Assembly (NCBI GenBank): GCA_045546735.1
Contig: JAZQDJ010000120.1
Span: 42,394 to 106,393 of the forward strand
From: Lachnospiraceae bacterium
GTDB lineage: Bacteria > Bacillota > Clostridia > Lachnospirales > Lachnospiraceae
Reading direction: 5' to 3'
DNA length: 64,000 bases
Numbering within the stretch: position 1 is the stretch's first letter; the number at the start of each line of letters is the position of its first letter. A program made the translations under genes and the position numbers. Positions 63,399 to 64,000 of this stretch are shown one piece after another. Under the pieces are notes generated by a model. That model made no database searches and had not been told where the DNA came from. It saw only the letters and a list, made by a program, of their open reading frames with translations.

Positions 63399-63460
63399 CT
63401 CTTTACCAGTCTAAGCACGTGAGTTATAATAAAATGGTGTGCGGAGGTTGATTTTAGACA

Positions 63461-64000
63461 ATGCAGAAGAGAAAAATATCAGCAATTTTGATACTCTGCC
63501 TGATGATGTTATGCGCCTGTCAAAACAGTCCGAAGGAACCGGAAGCGGCGGAAGAGGTACAGAGCGATTATGAAGTGGAAATGGAACATCGGGAGGGTTT
63601 TGTCGGTGAAGAAGCTTACGAACAAAGCTTTACAAGACCGAAGATAAATTCAAATATATTTGTAGATTTAATGGGATATGCGCCGGACGATAAGAAATAT
63701 GCTTATTTTGTGGGAAATGATCTTTCCGAGTCATTTTATGTTTTTGAAACAGCGACGGACGAATGTGTATACACCGGAACGCTCAAAAAAATGGCGAACC
63801 AAAAACATGACGGAAAGCAGGTTTACAAGGGTGATTTTTCCGAAGTCACAGAGCCCGGCGTATACTACATACAGACTGCGGTAATCGGACAGTCCTATAC
63901 ATTTCGAATTGATGAAAGTCGTTATGAGAGCCAGTATGACGAACTGAAGAAAGAGTTTCTTGCACTTTCGCCGGAAGAATATTACGGAAAACCTGAAGGC
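63461..64000 (+). CDS. lipoprotein, 5' part only; the N-terminal region resembles the Ig-like N-domain of GH9-type glycoside hydrolases
   Basis: MQKRKISAILILCLMMLCAC has a lipobox. The frame stays open to the window end (180 codons). The pattern DLMGY..DDKKYAYFVG....F.V......VYTGTL...........VYKGDFSEVTEPGVYYI....GQSYTFRI fits that domain. The functional call is tentative. Confidence 0.5.
   Translation, partial: MQKRKISAILILCLMMLCACQNSPKEPEAAEEVQSDYEVEMEHREGFVGEEAYEQSFTRPKINSNIFVDLMGYAPDDKKYAYFVGNDLSESFYVFETATDECVYTGTLKKMANQKHDGKQVYKGDFSEVTEPGVYYIQTAVIGQSYTFRIDESRYESQYDELKKEFLALSPEEYYGKPEG

Overview
This is a 64-kb chromosomal window that looks like a low-GC, spore-forming Firmicute of the Clostridia. 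That assignment is inference from gene content: pth-mfd, spoVT, a SpoIID/LytB-domain gene, T-box and glycine riboswitches, and GGAGG-type RBSs. I support about 57 protein-coding genes. Housekeeping genes include a partial pgi, trmL, pth, mfd, ileS, glgP, pncB, an aconitase-family hydratase, an aminotransferase and a class II aldolase. Signalling genes include a LytTR response regulator, an MCP, an HD-GYP protein, a GGDEF protein and an ECF sigma/anti-sigma pair. There are also four DegV paralogues and many membrane or secreted proteins of unknown function. Cis-regulatory RNAs are a single-aptamer glycine riboswitch ahead of a sodium:alanine/glycine symporter and an Ile T-box leader ahead of ileS, and about 15 intrinsic terminators are visible. 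I saw no rRNA, tRNA, cas genes, canonical CRISPR array, intact IS or prophage. The most unusual signal is a dispersed intergenic repeat family of 36-37-nt units (GGGYAAG-N22-23-CCCA, with complementary termini). At least 10 clear copies, all on the + strand, form short arrays at three loci (28.65, 39.69 and 56.76 kb), with a possible fourth locus at 24.0 kb, and each array lies just 3' of a + strand gene. Start-to-start spacings of the clear units are 64/65, 74 or 84/85 bp. The family resembles REP/BIME elements or phased protein-binding sites rather than CRISPR, and I cannot assign it to a named family. Other items worth a second look:
- a 283-bp insert carrying an XRE gene fragment and a 124-nt rod-like hairpin, bounded by 17-bp direct repeats at the 3' end of a purF-like gene
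- that PurF-like protein having Ser instead of the catalytic Cys at position 2
- an (AT)8 tract forming the spacer of a promoter-like site upstream of a secreted-protein gene that carries an in-frame TGA
- a 24-nt inverted repeat (23/24) covering the RBS and start codons of two divergent genes that flank the SpoIID-like gene
- an XRE-led cluster of paralogous membrane proteins
- a 15-kb accessory block separating mfd from spoVT
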